From contig NC_068993.1 of NCBI RefSeq assembly GCF_001194135.2, positions 14,399,473 through 14,460,377 of the forward strand: a stretch of DNA of 60,905 nt. The letters are read 5' to 3'. A program made the position numbers and the translations under genes. The stretch is from Octopus bimaculoides. Lineage: Eukaryota. The notes below the pieces were generated by a model that saw nothing but the letters and a program-made list of their open reading frames with translations, was not told the DNA's origin and made no database searches. Shown here one piece after another: positions 38,346 to 51,372 of the stretch (position 1 is its first letter; the number at the start of each line of letters is the position of its first letter).

Positions 38346-40994
38346 ATCATTATTAGAATCACCATCGATGAGATCCGTAGAGCGACTGAGATGAAACTTT
38401 GTTCAATAATGATTACAGATTATGTATTCCATCGGATAAAACGGGTTATTAACCACATTGTGGTGTAAGGCAACTTTCTACTTCCCTCTCTTTCTGGACA
38501 TGTATCCATCTGCTTTAGTCTCTTTCTTCTTTATCTCTCAACATCTGTCCCTCTCTATCAATATCTTTATCATTATTTTCTCTGTGTTTCATTTAATCAG
38601 TTTGTCTCACGATTTCCTTCTGCCTCTTTCTTACTCGCAGACTCTCACTTCTTTTCTTTTACTTTGTTCAATGCATTTCAACCTTTAAGAAAGAATGTGT
38701 GAAGAAGCAGCCATATGATGAAGGGTGGAGGAAATGAAGAAATCGCAAGAGAAATAGATAGAATGAAGAATACTACGACTATTCGCAGAACAATAGCAAC
38801 CGGTCGATTGCTTTTGTTGCAAATTTTATCATCTACAGACTGATATCATTAACATTGGCCTGTAAATTCAAGTGGATTAACCTAGGAGAATGGCTTTGTC
38901 CCGGAATAAACGGCTTTACTTTCGAATCGAACAAACTGTAATAAAAGTTATTCTAGCATAATTCAGCCGGAACATGGGCAATGGAATCGGTTAGAAAAGC
39001 CCTGGGCCATGTTGCACCATTTCCGGATTAAAGAAACACTATAAATCCGGATAGTATCCGCTCGATTGTTATTTTTGCTCTTCTTCTCCTCCACTAAGAA
39101 ATATGATGGCTTGTACAGTCGGAAATGCCTGAGGAAGAAACTTCTGTAGTCACAGGTGAAGATTTTAACGAAATGACTTCCATATGGTCTGTAATTCCAT
39201 TCGACGTGCCTAAGCTATATCAGCCTGTCCCTCCTCTTCTCTCTTTCTCTCCCTCTTCTCCACCATCTCTGTATATAATATTCACTTCCCTCTTCATACA
39301 TAAATACGTATGTACTATTTACGTACATATACGAATACATGTATGCGTGTATAAACGCAGAAACACATAAGTATACGTCTGTGCATTGCATTTCACGTTC
39401 AGTGTGTGCGTGTGTATATGTGTATATATACGTATATATATATATATATATATTCGTGCATTTAAAGGTATGTGTATTTAAGTAATTATTTACCCACACA
39501 CAAAAATACACACCGATGCACATTCAATAACATGCAAACGCACACATGCGTACACATAGATGTATAACCTCATAATCTCAGTATACATAGAGATACACAT
39601 TCCTTTTGAAAGGCTGTTAATCGCCTCAGTTTGCTATCATACCTCAGGCCGTTATCTTAAACCCCAAGCAGCATAAGGGTGTATAGTAAATGTGCTATTT
39701 GTTCGTTCTGATCGTTAAACGTAAATTTAATCCTGTCATTCTGCATTGTTATTGTTAGCTCTGTGTGCCTTCCTTGAGAGCCAACGGCTTCCCCTCCCCA
39801 CTGTGTCTACCTCCCTTACTTACTCTTTACACGATTTCTTCCTCGTCCCATCTTATAATTGTCATTAAGACATTTTACTTTCCCATAGAATTATTTTCAA
39901 TTCGTTTTTCACTTCCCTTTGTCATCCGTACAATTATTTGCTGACTTGGACTGATCCACTCTGATTTGTGTCCTTTCACGCTTATGCATCCAGCCGCACA
40001 TAAATAACATGCGCATATAGTTGAATAAATATGTATATAATATATATATATATATATATGCTTATGTGTTGCGTTTGTGTGTGTGTGTGTGTGTGTGTGT
40101 ATCTCTATGTGCGTTTGTGTAACGCAATACGTCTACAGACATTAACATGCCTACGTGTATTTATGAAATATGGTATATTTAAAGAAATGTGTATAAGCAA
40201 ATTGTCTAATGGGGAACAATTTAAATTCCTGAAATGATAATAGAATGCCCCAAAACATATAAATGATGGGGCATGACTTACTGAAGGCTTTAATATTAAG
40301 AAAAAAAATGTTTATACTGATTGATTATTATTAATTCATATATATATATTCCTTCATACACACACAAACACACACACTCACATATATATAGAATAACAAT
40401 AATCTTTGGATGGAATCTATAAACCTTTAATGCACCGCTCTACGAGCGTTTCCGCAAATCACATGACTTTTAGTCCTGAGATTATTGCAGCCATATACAT
40501 CATTGATGAATATGGTTGTGTATATCCTACATTATATCAACACAACTTGATGAAAGCCCGATAAACTGAATCATTAGGCAATATCATTAGGGGGTGGCAG
40601 GCATAATAGAATAGGAATTTATGTGTATATTCAAATCAATTCCAATAACCAAATGTAATATATATATACACACACACATATATATGTATGTGTATATTTA
40701 CATATAAATATATCTACATATGTATATAAATTTATACATATATACATATATATATATATANNNNNNNNNNNNNNNNNNNNNNNNNNNNNNNNNNNNNNNN
40801 NNNNNNNNNNNNNNNNNNNNNNNNNNNNNNNNNNNNNNNNNNNNNNNNNNNNNNNNNNNNNNNNNNNNNNNNNNNNNNNNNNNNNNNNNNNNNNNNNNNN
40901 NNNNNNNNNNNNNNNNNNNNNNNNNNNNNNNNNNNNNNNNNNNNNNNNNNNNNNNNNNNNNNNNNNNNNNNNNNNNNNNNNNNNNNNNNNNNNN

Positions 40995-41035
<41 letters not shown>

Positions 41036-41534
41036 GTATGTATATAGTTCTTTTTACGTTTCACGTTAGGCGACCACCTTTTCCGGGTGTGCGAATAAGA
41101 ACACAAGAGTTACGGAATGGAGTAGATAAGATCCGGTCTACTGACGTTTCATAGCGAGCGAGTGGAACCTCAGAAGTGGTAAATATCCAAGCAAGGTGAC
41201 TACTGCAAGCTTACTTTTTAGCCAAGGATATCTAGATTAAATGAAATTTAACATTGCCGCATGGAGGTACATATGAACACATTGAAATTTCAGTGAGTTA
41301 ATATTAGTACTTTATGTTCGTCTATATACTATACAAAGGATATAACTTATATTTGTGCAAAACGTATCTTCTATTCAGGTCTTAGATTAAAGGGACGCAT
41401 ACCGCAAGAAATTCTATCTCAGGAGGTAAGATGTAGCCCAGCAGGTGGCCTACATGTAATCAGCCATAACCTACCCAGAAATATTTAGCATCCGTGATTA
41501 TGGAATCGTAGCTGCTGCTACTACTATTATTGGT

Positions 41535-41536
41535 AC

Positions 41537-41605
<69 letters not shown>

Positions 41606-41668
41606 GGGAGGAGGAGGAGGAGGAGGAAGAGGAGGGAGAGAAGGAAGAGGAGGGAGAGAGGGAGAGGG
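41535..41668. repeat. (TAG)n followed by (GAG)n-rich tract
   Basis: Direct reading of the sequence. Confidence 0.93.
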
Positions 41669-41824
41669 ATTAGTACAATTTTAGTGTCGGTTAATTGATT
41701 AAAAAAATTTTTCTTGCGCTCTTGGTCCCATCAGAACTGTTACCCGGTTTCATTGACGTCTAAGTGACTGAGATCATAACATTGCACATCAGCGGGACGT
41801 TAATCTGGTGAAGAGTTCGATGAT

Positions 41825-42000
41825 TACAATTTTGAGGGAAGGGGACAAATTGATTACATTATACTCAGTAATTGGCTGGTACTTTATCGCATCAACTCCG
41901 AAGAGATGAAAGTCAAATGTTATTTCATTGTGATTCGAACTCAGAACTAAACGAACCGAAAGAAATGCCGCTAAGATGTTTCTACCAGATCGACGCCTAT
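41825..42000 (-). mobile_element. Degenerate SINE family B (tail type 2)
   Basis: ACAATTTTGAGGGAAGGGG...CTGGTACTTTAT...CCGAAGAGATGAAAGTCAAA...TTCGAACTCAGAAC...ATGCCGCTAAG is a diverged match to 19493-19695. Confidence 0.7.
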
Positions 42001-42062
42001 TGGACAAAATACCTTACATTATTTAGTCACTGCCGCAGGTAGCGAATTACCTAGCAACATTT

Positions 42063-42185
42063 TGTCTGTCTTTATGCTGTTGAAATTCCAGATATGTCGA
42101 CTTTGCCTTTCATCTTTTCGGGGGAAATGTAATCGAGTAGACCCTTTCCCAAAATTCCAGGCCTTGTGTCTATATTATAATGAAT
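42063..42185 (+). mobile_element. Degenerate SINE family B fragment
   Basis: GAAATTCCAGATATGTCGACTTTGCCTTTCATCTTTTCGGGG...TAATCGA...AAAATTCCAGGCCTTGTG matches 45060-45185 with an internal deletion. Confidence 0.7.
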
Positions 42186-42837
42186 TAGTTAGTTACAATC
42201 ATTTATGCTTTAATTTTGATTTCTGCAGGGGTCGATTTTGCAATTTAATTATTGCCAGGTCGATAGAAGACAAAGACTACTTACATAGAGTAATTGATAA
42301 TTCACCACCCAGAGAAAAATATAACATTAAAGTGAAAAAAAAAATGGCCATTTGCTTATGCTAGAAATATTATTAGCATTAATCTTGTTGCTACCCTTGA
42401 TAATTCAAATGGAATTAACATAACTCATGCGATTTACATTGTCAGGTTACACATTAACATATTGTTGATGGCAATGTTAACATGATTTCCTCTCGTTATT
42501 TTCATCTTACATTCATATTAAGCGAAAAATAATAATTAAAATCTATTATCTCTGAAAACAGAGGGACAATTTATAGAGATATTTGACATTAGAAGACTTC
42601 CATTGCATAAATCATTACATTAATTGGTTTTCAGAAACATTTGTCATATCCTTATTAAATTGAATTTGTCAACTTGTTATAGCACCTAATTCCAGTGAAA
42701 TGATTGAAAGACTGTAATACTCGTACGTACATACATGGGGTTTCAAGGATTTTCTTGGTACCTGATCCATACATAATATTGCTCAATATTATTGAAAATC
42801 TATTTCTAATTATTGGTCACACATTAATTTAATATAC

Positions 42838-43017
42838 GTGATGTTGTTGATGTTGTTGTTGTTGTTGTTTTCGTCGATGATCATGATGATGGTGGTGGTG
42901 GTGGTGATGATTATAAAGATGATGATGGCGATGGTTATGGTAGTGGCGGCAGTGATGATAATGATGATGATGATGATGATGACGATGATGATGATGATGA
43001 CGATGATGATGGTGATA

Positions 43018-43077
<60 letters not shown>

Positions 43078-43078
43078 C
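42838..43078. repeat. (GAT)/(GTT)/(GGT) compound trinucleotide array
   Basis: Direct reading of the sequence. Confidence 0.93.
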
Positions 43079-44596
43079 AGTTGTAGTTGTTCTCAAACTA
43101 TGTAAAGGGCCGTACACAAATGATGCAAGGGGTGTACTGTGGTTTTTATTCTGATTCTCTGTCACATGGTTTCAAATCCCCGTCGATGCAATCCTTAGCC
43201 TTCATTCCTTGCAGCTTTCATTTTGCACGGAAACGAAAAAAGAGATGCAATAATAATAAATTAATGAATAAAGCATCCATAGATAGGAAGACGGGATTGA
43301 CGGATGTGTAAGAAAGTAGGAATCGATACCTTGCATTATGTCTTTGAGATCTTTGCGTTCTGAGTTGAAATCTTGCCACGGATTCCTTGAGTAGCAAACA
43401 AAATCTATTGCCCAGTTCAGTGCCACCAGCTGATATTTTGGGTACGTTCCGTACAAAATACACTTCGTTACAAGATTTTTGGCTAGTTTTCCGATTTAAT
43501 GAGAACTTCCAATCACACGGTGTGGAACGTCCCGTAAAAGGTTATAGACACTGGCTACATTCGTGACTAAAATACTAAAAGACGAAGTCCGACAATCTAA
43601 TCTTTTTGTCCAATCTACTGCTCTTCGTGTTACTGAAATGAATGGGATGGACCATGATAATGAAACCGAATAAGAGCACAAGGCCCGAATTATTCTTGAT
43701 GGAGTATAGCTGATTGATAGGATTCACTGTCCGAAGACTACTCACGGGTAATCATCAAACATAAAATTATAATAAGGCACAACTTGATATATTTTGGAAA
43801 TAAAACTATACTTATGTAATAGAGTAGCCCCCATTCCCCTGAAGTTGCAGGCCTTGTGCATATAATAAAAAAGTACTATAATGAATACCATTAACACTCC
43901 CGCAAAGACCATGACCACCACCTACGACAGATACTACCAATACTCAACAACACTATTTCTACTGCCACCACTAAGACCATTAACACCACTGAAATTTCTA
44001 GTTTTACTCTTACTACTACTTTTGTTTTGTTCAATAATGTCTTTATTGCGTGATACAAACCTTTCAGGTATAGGCCCAAGTTCTAAAAATTTATGGGAAG
44101 GTAATAGTCGACGCTAATACCCAACTGGTGGCGGGTATCGCTGCTGAGGTTGTTCCTATTGTTGTGTGGTGCTAGAGTAGCTCTCATCTAGTAGAACTAT
44201 GCTTTCCGACATGAAATGAATTTGCAGTGTAATATAGTTGCTTCGCTATGTGTAAGTCTAACTCAAAAAAGCTTGACCGTTACACAACTATTAACACAAT
44301 ATTCGTCGGAAGTATATCAGGTTGGGACGCACATGGGAAAAGTAGGCGAGTCGACTGCAGAGATTTGCTGTTTAAAACAAAGCTATCTGAATTGGTGAAT
44401 TTAGTTGACTCTGCATTCAGCACATTTGGTTTGTGCTGTCATTTAATTCCATATCGATCTGTGCTGAATTAAATCACAGCATTGTTTTAAAAATTAATTT
44501 ATGCAGAATTAGCTGTGAACATTTTTTGCCTGATAATCTGGCTTTATATCATAGTCATCGTCACCAAAGCCTCTATACAGCTGCTGCTGTATAATT

Positions 44597-44597
<1 letters not shown>

Positions 44598-44664
<67 letters not shown>

Positions 44665-44682
44665 TTACTACTACTACTATAA
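44598..44682. repeat. (CTA)n microsatellite
   Basis: Direct reading of the sequence. Confidence 0.96.
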
Positions 44683-44979
44683 TACCTGCAAAGTTTTCTT
44701 TGTTCAATGTAGTATTTATTACCTTATAAAAAACTGTCCTTGCTTATCCATATGTTTGGCATAACGTAACACGTACTGCCATCTATGTATAGAAACAATA
44801 ATAAATAAATAGATACATACATAGATACATATATACATACATACATACATACATGCATACATACATAGAGATAGATAAATAGATGCCTTAAAGCTTTGGT
44901 TTATACATTGATTAGTGCACTGTTCGTTGATATTTATCTTTTTTATAGCAAAGCATCTGAGACAACGTTTATTCTATGA

Positions 44980-45196
44980 AAGGCGGTGAACTGGTAGAAA
45001 CGCTAGCACGCCGGGCGAAATGCTTAGCGGTGCTTCGTCTGTCTTTACCTTCTGAGTTCAAATTCCACTGAAATTGACTTTGCCTTTCATCTTTTCGGGG
45101 TCGAAAAATTAAGTACCAGTTGTCTACTAAGATTGATCTAATCGACTGGCCCTTCTCTAAAAATGTTGGGCCTGTGCCTAAAGTAGAAAAGATATA
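44980..45196 (+). mobile_element. SINE family B (tail type 2), near full length
   Basis: AGGCGGTGAACTGGTAGAAACGCTAGCACGCCGGGCGAAATGCTTAGCGG head, B-box-like GAGTTCAAATTCC at 45054-45066, core GACTTTGCCTTTCATCTTTTCGGGGTCGA. Confidence 0.9.
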
Positions 45197-45924
45197 CAAA
45201 CTCCTTGTTTTAAAGCGATCGAAATTAAAACTTCACATCAAAATTTCTCATTAATTTGCGCTCCAAACACCAGTTCAATAATGACAAAATTATTAGACTC
45301 TGAATTCATTATAATTTCAAATTTAATTGAAACAAGCCTCGAAAGAAATACGGCAAGAAAAAAGAAAAAGAAGAAACATAACCATAAATATATTTGTCGA
45401 CGCAAATATTCCATCGATAATAGCCGTTCACCCCTAGAGTGCTTATATTTTCTGCATAAAGAGCTGAATAGATGAAAATATAGTTTTCCGCATTTGAATG
45501 GATGGAAATATCACGTGTTTCTTAACAAGTTTAGGTGATGATGAACGTGTAACACTTTTATGCGGCAAAGGAGATAAATTCGATGTATTGTCAAAGAGTT
45601 ATACAGCAATGTGTTATTAAAAGTATTATCTATTTTATATATTGTCACGCTTCTTGTTTGACAATGGAGCTTCACAATATACAGAAGAGTTTTCCCGCTG
45701 TTATTTCAAATTACATATTTCCAGTTACGCAATAGCAACGCACGCAGATTTCTGCTGCTAAAAATAAAATTAATGAAACTTATAGAGAATATGGTCTAAT
45801 ATATTCAAGCCTTTTAAACTAGTTTGTGAACGTGTGGGATCGTATTATCCACACATATACAAACAGGCACACATACAAACACAAACATACATCAACGTGT
45901 GAAAATATATGTGAAGTTGCAAGC

Positions 45925-46060
45925 ATGTTTGCATAGTTTACAGCCATTTAGCTTCGAGTTCAGTCCCGTTCTCTGCCATCTTAGACATTTGAGTAGAGAC
46001 CCTGACTGACAAATGAGTTGTGAGTAAATTTAGTGGACGTAGAGTCAGAGGAACCATTGT
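45925..46060 (+). mobile_element. Old, degenerate SINE family A head
   Basis: B-box-like GAGTTCAGTCCC near 45956 and TGTGAGTAAATTTAGTGGACG, resembling TGTGAGTGGATTTGATAGACG of the full copy. Confidence 0.55.
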
Positions 46061-46254
46061 ATACATATACGCAACATCAGATATATATATATATATGTAC
46101 ACGCATACGGACATACAAACACACGCACACGCACACGCACACGTACACTATAATTTACCCAAACACATACGCACATTCTCAGTCATATGTATATATCTAT
46201 ATATATATATATATATATATAGATAGATATATAGATATATATATATATAGATAG

Positions 46255-46572
46255 ATAGGCACAAGAGTGGCTGTGTGGTAAGTAGCTTGCTTACCAATCA
46301 CATGGTTCCGGGTTCAGTCCCACTTCATAACACCTTGGGCAAGTGTCATCTGCTGTAGCCTCGAGCCGACCAACGCCTCGTGAATGGATTTGGTAGACAG
46401 AAACTGAAAGAAGACCGTCGTATATATACATTTATATAGAGGTTCGGCAGAAGAAACCTATAGATTTCGTACTAAGATTATAAAGAATAAGTCCAGTGTC
46501 TATTTCTTCGACTAAAAGCGGTGATCCATCATGGGCGCAGTCAAATGACTAAAACCTGTAACAGAGTAAAAG
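46255..46572 (+). mobile_element. SINE family A with internal deletion
   Basis: TAGGCACAAGAGTGGCTGTGTGGTAAGTAGCTTGC...GGTTCAGTCCC...CCTTGGGCAAGT (46333-46344, matches the CORE-domain 12-mer)...GGTTCGGCAGAAGA...CAGTCAAATGACT...GAGTAAAAG. Confidence 0.9.
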
Positions 46573-46628
46573 TGTATATGTATGTGTGTGTGTATGTATG
46601 TGTGTATGTCTGTGTGTGCGTGTGTGTG

Positions 46629-46666
<38 letters not shown>

Positions 46667-46699
46667 GCGGATTCTTTGTCTTATTGATTGGCCTATAAG

Positions 46700-46885
46700 G
46701 CCGCTTGAAAACAGATGTCTATTTCCATCCATGTGATTGAGTGGTTCGGCACAAGACAACGATAGAATAAGTATCAAACTTTAAAATAAATAAATAAATG
46801 AATGAATAGACAAATAAATAAAGAGAAATAAGCATTGAGATCCATTTCGTCGACAAAACATTTCTGGGTGGTGCGCTAGGAAGGT
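46700..46885 (+). mobile_element. Family A-related 3'-half variant
   Basis: GCTTGAAAACAGATG and GGTTCGGCACAAGACAACGATAGAATAAGTA resemble GCTTGACAACCGATG and GGTTCAG...ACCGATAGAATAAGTA of the full copy. Confidence 0.6.
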
Positions 46886-47145
46886 ATCCATAGCTAATTT
46901 AGCCCTGCTCGCTGAATGCTAGAGTCCACTGGAGAGATTTAATAAAGGAGAAACATGCTCATTTCAATTACCACTTGATTTTTAAAGGCTATATATAACA
47001 TCCAATTCATTCGATCATCAGATCTAATAGTAGATATCAACTTTACACATGTATTTTAGATTTTAACGTCATACTGAGGGAGTTATGTCTCATGTATGTA
47101 ATTAGAATGTCATTGTATATATATATATATATATACATATATATA

Positions 47146-47310
47146 TGTTGTTGTACTTGGGGATGGTCATATTGCCAGTTTAGCCAATAAAAACACACGC
47201 ACTGTATATTTGGTGTTAATTTGCTTCAGCTTTATATTACATTAATCTTAATCTTATTTCGGCCAGAGTTCTTTCGTCACACTTCTGTGACCTCATCAAA
47301 AATCTTGCAA
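47146..47310 (-). mobile_element. Short element between (TA)n tracts with hammerhead-like arrangement
   Basis: Minus strand: TTGATGA G GTCAC AGAAGT GTGAC GAAA GAACTC TGGCC GAAA; perfect 5-bp stem (47276-47280 with 47287-47291) between a TGATGA box and a GAAA box. Confidence 0.4.
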
Positions 47311-47350
<40 letters not shown>

Positions 47351-49457
47351 TATATTTATATATACATACATTTGTTTGAATGCATGTATGTGTGTGTTTG
47401 AGTGTGTGTGTAAAAATTAGGTTTTCAGCAGCTCAGTATTTTGTCACGTTTCACCACTCCATGCAAGGAACATCTATATGTCTGTGTGAGTGTATCTATA
47501 TGTGTATTGATATATTTGTGTATGTATCAATAACTATACACAGATGCAGATTTATAGAAGAAGAGATAAATAAGTAGATGCACAGATAATTACACACAAA
47601 AATATAACCGTTTGTACATCTGCATTTTTCTGCCTACATATACACCTGCGTGTATTCGTTTTGGAGTTGAATTTTAAGTTATTTCATATATATACATACA
47701 TATATATATATATATATATACGCCAGGAATATGAGTAAGAGACTAGAGATCAAGAAGGGAAAAGCAGTGACCTTATAAATTGCCAAGTATATGAACAAAT
47801 CTGAATATCAAAAAGAAAAAAAAAATAAATCTTAAAAGATATAACATAGAAAAAAGAAAGCAACATATCATATGATAAATAAGTAAATACATGTTTTATA
47901 CAGTAATGAATGCTGACATTAAAGAAATATGTTTTCCTACGAATATATATACTTGCCTTTACCAATTAAGGATCACGATAAAATAACGAGAAAGCATGTA
48001 CACCATAATATACTCCACATAAATCATATGCACTCTGAGAGGCAGATGTATTCATTTAAACATGAAACTATATACGTATATATATATATGTATATATATA
48101 TATGTACACTAATGTATATATCCCTTTATCTAACTATCCATATATCTATAAATGCATACATACATACATACTGTTATATAAGTGCTGGTGTATGTATATA
48201 TGAATATACATGTACGGCTATGTACATATATGCATGCTTATATATATATATATATACGCATATATATTTATACATATATATATATATATATGCATATATA
48301 TATANNNNNNNNNNNNNNNNNNNNNNNNNNNNNNNNNNNNNNNNNNNNNNNNNNNNNNNNNNNNNNNNNNNNNNNNNNNNNNNNNNNNNNNNNNNNNNNN
48401 NNNNNNNNNNNNNNNNNNNNNNNNNNNNNNNNNNNNNNNNNNNNNNNNNNNNNNNNNNNNNNNNNNNNNNNNNNNNNNNNNNNNNNNNNNNNNNNNNNNN
48501 NNNNNNNNNNNNNNNNNNNNNNNNNNNNNNNNNNNNNNNNNNNNNNNNNNNNNNNNNNNNNNNNNNNNNNNNNNNNNNNNNNNNNNNNNNNNNNNNNNNN
48601 NNNNNNNNNNNNNNNNNNNNNNNNNNNNNNNNNNNNNNNNNNNNNNNNNNNNNNNNNNNNNNNNNNNNNNNNNNNNNNNNNNNNNNNNNNNNNNNNNNNN
48701 NNNNNNNNNNNNNNNNNNNNNNNNNNNNNNNNNNNNNNNNNNNNNNNNNNNNNNNNNNNNNNNNNNNNNNNNNNNNNNNNNNNNNNNNNNNNNNNNNNNN
48801 NNNNNNNNNNNNNNNNNNNNNNNNNNNNNNNNNNNNNNNNNNNNNNNNNNNNNNNNNNNNNNNNNNNNNNNNNNNNNNNNNNNNNNNNNNNNNNNNNNNN
48901 NNNNNNNNNNNNNNNNNNNNNNNNNNNNNNNNNTATATATATATATACGCATATATATTTATACATATATATATACATGCGAGTGTGTGCAAGCTTGTGT
49001 GCGTATGTATGTGTCTGGGAAGGTATGCGTGCATGATTATCTAATAAGTGACAAAATATATCTAAACTCTGTATATCTTTGCGCTGTAATTTCAAGTGAC
49101 AATTGAGGAACGTAAAAGAGACACACACACTAAAAAGAAAAAAAAAACAGTTATCATATAAACGTATGTATGCATATTTTAAAGCGTGACGTCGGTGAAT
49201 GACACGTGTTAATTCCTACATTAAGTAAAAATGGGGATTATTAAACAAATAAATAAAAGAGGAAAAGACAGTAATAATTAAGCGAAAACGAAAATATGTG
49301 ACATGTTCAGACCTTTTTGTGTGTGCTTAAGTAAACACTTCTGATTCGTATAATATTGCATATAACAACATAGGCGCACGTATAGTGTGAGTTGTTCGAT
49401 ATTTTCAATGTGGTACGCAAATTGATATCCATATATACATATAAGTATGTATGTATG

Positions 49458-49543
<86 letters not shown>

Positions 49544-49866
49544 CGTATGTATGTATAATTATATAAACATATATATACATACATATATAAATATATGTGG
49601 ATATGTATATATATTTAATATATATGTGGGTGTGTGTATGCCTGTGTTTATTTGTTTCAGCTTGTCTTAAATGATTCGTATTTATCATTTTCTGTAGGTT
49701 CTGGAACGAACATATAATCATATGAACAGAAATGAGTTTAGATATATATGTAAATACACTAATACATGCAGACTCGTATATACATATGCTTGTACATTTA
49801 TATATATAATTGTATATCTATAAATACAATAAGCTACATATGTACTTATGTATACATACATTGATA

Positions 49867-49937
<71 letters not shown>

Positions 49938-50157
49938 ACACGTATGTACATATAAATACACATATATGCATAGTATATATGTGTACATAAATGTATATGA
50001 TATGTGTATATACATACATATATATATATATTTATATATATGTGTGTGTGTGTGTGTGTATGCATGTATATCCATATACGCGTACACATAGATAGACACG
50101 CAGACGCACAATCGCACAAACACCGGTATACATTTATATGTATATATACATATATAT

Positions 50158-50219
<62 letters not shown>

Positions 50220-50750
50220 ATATCAAATTTCATTTCACATATCACATATATGCTTACACACAATTTGATGGCTGCCATCTGTTGAGTGTAGAGTTCTCTG
50301 ACGCCGGATAACTGAACCCTAATCAAATCTCTGCATATGTACAGGATAATTACTTTTGCAATTACCTTATGATAAAGAGAGAAATGTGTCCTAATTTCTA
50401 ATTACTGAAGTAAGAAAGTCGAAGTAATTCGGTAGAACTTTCATTAGAAATGATTAAAGATGGAGAATGTCACGTCATTTGGTGGAGAAAAAAATATGTC
50501 ACATATATCGAAATTAATTTACTGGAAGAAATACCAGTTTTATGACTATAATTTCTACGTGAAAATACATATTCAGCCGTACATTTTCACACTCCTAATC
50601 ATCCGTTCAGCGAAACACGTATACACACATACACACATATATGTGGGAAAGAGATTTACTGTCGATAAGTTTCATTGCGTCTCTGAGTGTGTGCGTAAGT
50701 TTGTACACATACACGCACGCACACACACATATGTATATATACATATATAT

Positions 50751-51170
50751 GTAGGAGTGGCTGTGTGGTAAGTAGCTTGCCTACCAACCACATGGTTCCG
50801 GGTTCAGTCCCACTGCGTGGCAACTTGGACAAATGTCTTCTACTATAGCCTTGGGCCGACCAAAGCCTTGTGAGTGGATTTGATAGACGGAAACTGAAAG
50901 AAGCTTGCCGTATATATGTATATGTATATATATATATATGTGTGTGTGGTTGTGTGTGTTTGTGTGTCAGCGTTTGTCCCCTCAACATCGCTTGACAACC
51001 GATGTTGGGGTGTTTACATCCCCGTAACTATTGGTTCAGTAGATGACACCGATAGAATAAGTACTAGGCTTACAAAGAATAAGTCCAGGGGTCGATTTGC
51101 TCGACTAAAGGCGGTGCTCCAACCTGGCCGCAGTCAAATGACTGAAACAAGTAAAAGAGTAAAAAGAGAG
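50751..51170 (+). mobile_element. Full-length tRNA-headed, CORE-like SINE family A
   Basis: A-box TGGCTGTGTGG (50758-50768), B-box GGTTCAGTCCC (50801-50811), CORE-like CTTGGACAAATGTCTT, internal (TA)n(TG)n at about 50910-50967, conserved 3' half, GAGTAAAA-type tail repeats. Confidence 0.92.
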
Positions 51171-51218
51171 TACGTTTTTATCTATCTATATCTATTGCCC
51201 TCGTTGTCTCTCTGTAAA

Positions 51219-51250
<32 letters not shown>

Positions 51251-51335
51251 CCTCTCTCTCTCTCTTTCTATCGGTATATATATATTTACACATGTAGAAA
51301 TAGGTAGGTATAGCCCAGTGAAAAAAAAAGAAAGA

Positions 51336-51372
51336 GAATTTGACGTTTCGAGCGGAGCTCTTCGTCGGAAAC
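51336..51372 (-). ncRNA. Candidate minimal (dimer-type) hammerhead ribozyme, variant core
   Basis: Minus strand: GUUU-CCGACGA-A-GAGC-UCC-GCUC-GAAA-CG-UC/AAAU. Stem II is 4 perfect pairs; ACGU palindrome at stem III; GUC cleavage triplet; stem I GUUU/AAAU. U4 of CUGANGA is C here. Confidence 0.55.

Noticed and set aside
41065-41480. GC-richer segment that looks like an interspersed repeat fragment
   Set aside because: No second copy in the window and no diagnostic motif; cannot be classified from sequence alone.
50751-50830. tRNA gene calls for SINE heads (also 44980, 54960-55038, 60198)
   Set aside because: A/B boxes continue into SINE bodies found in multiple diverged copies; no complete cloverleaf with acceptor stem and terminator.
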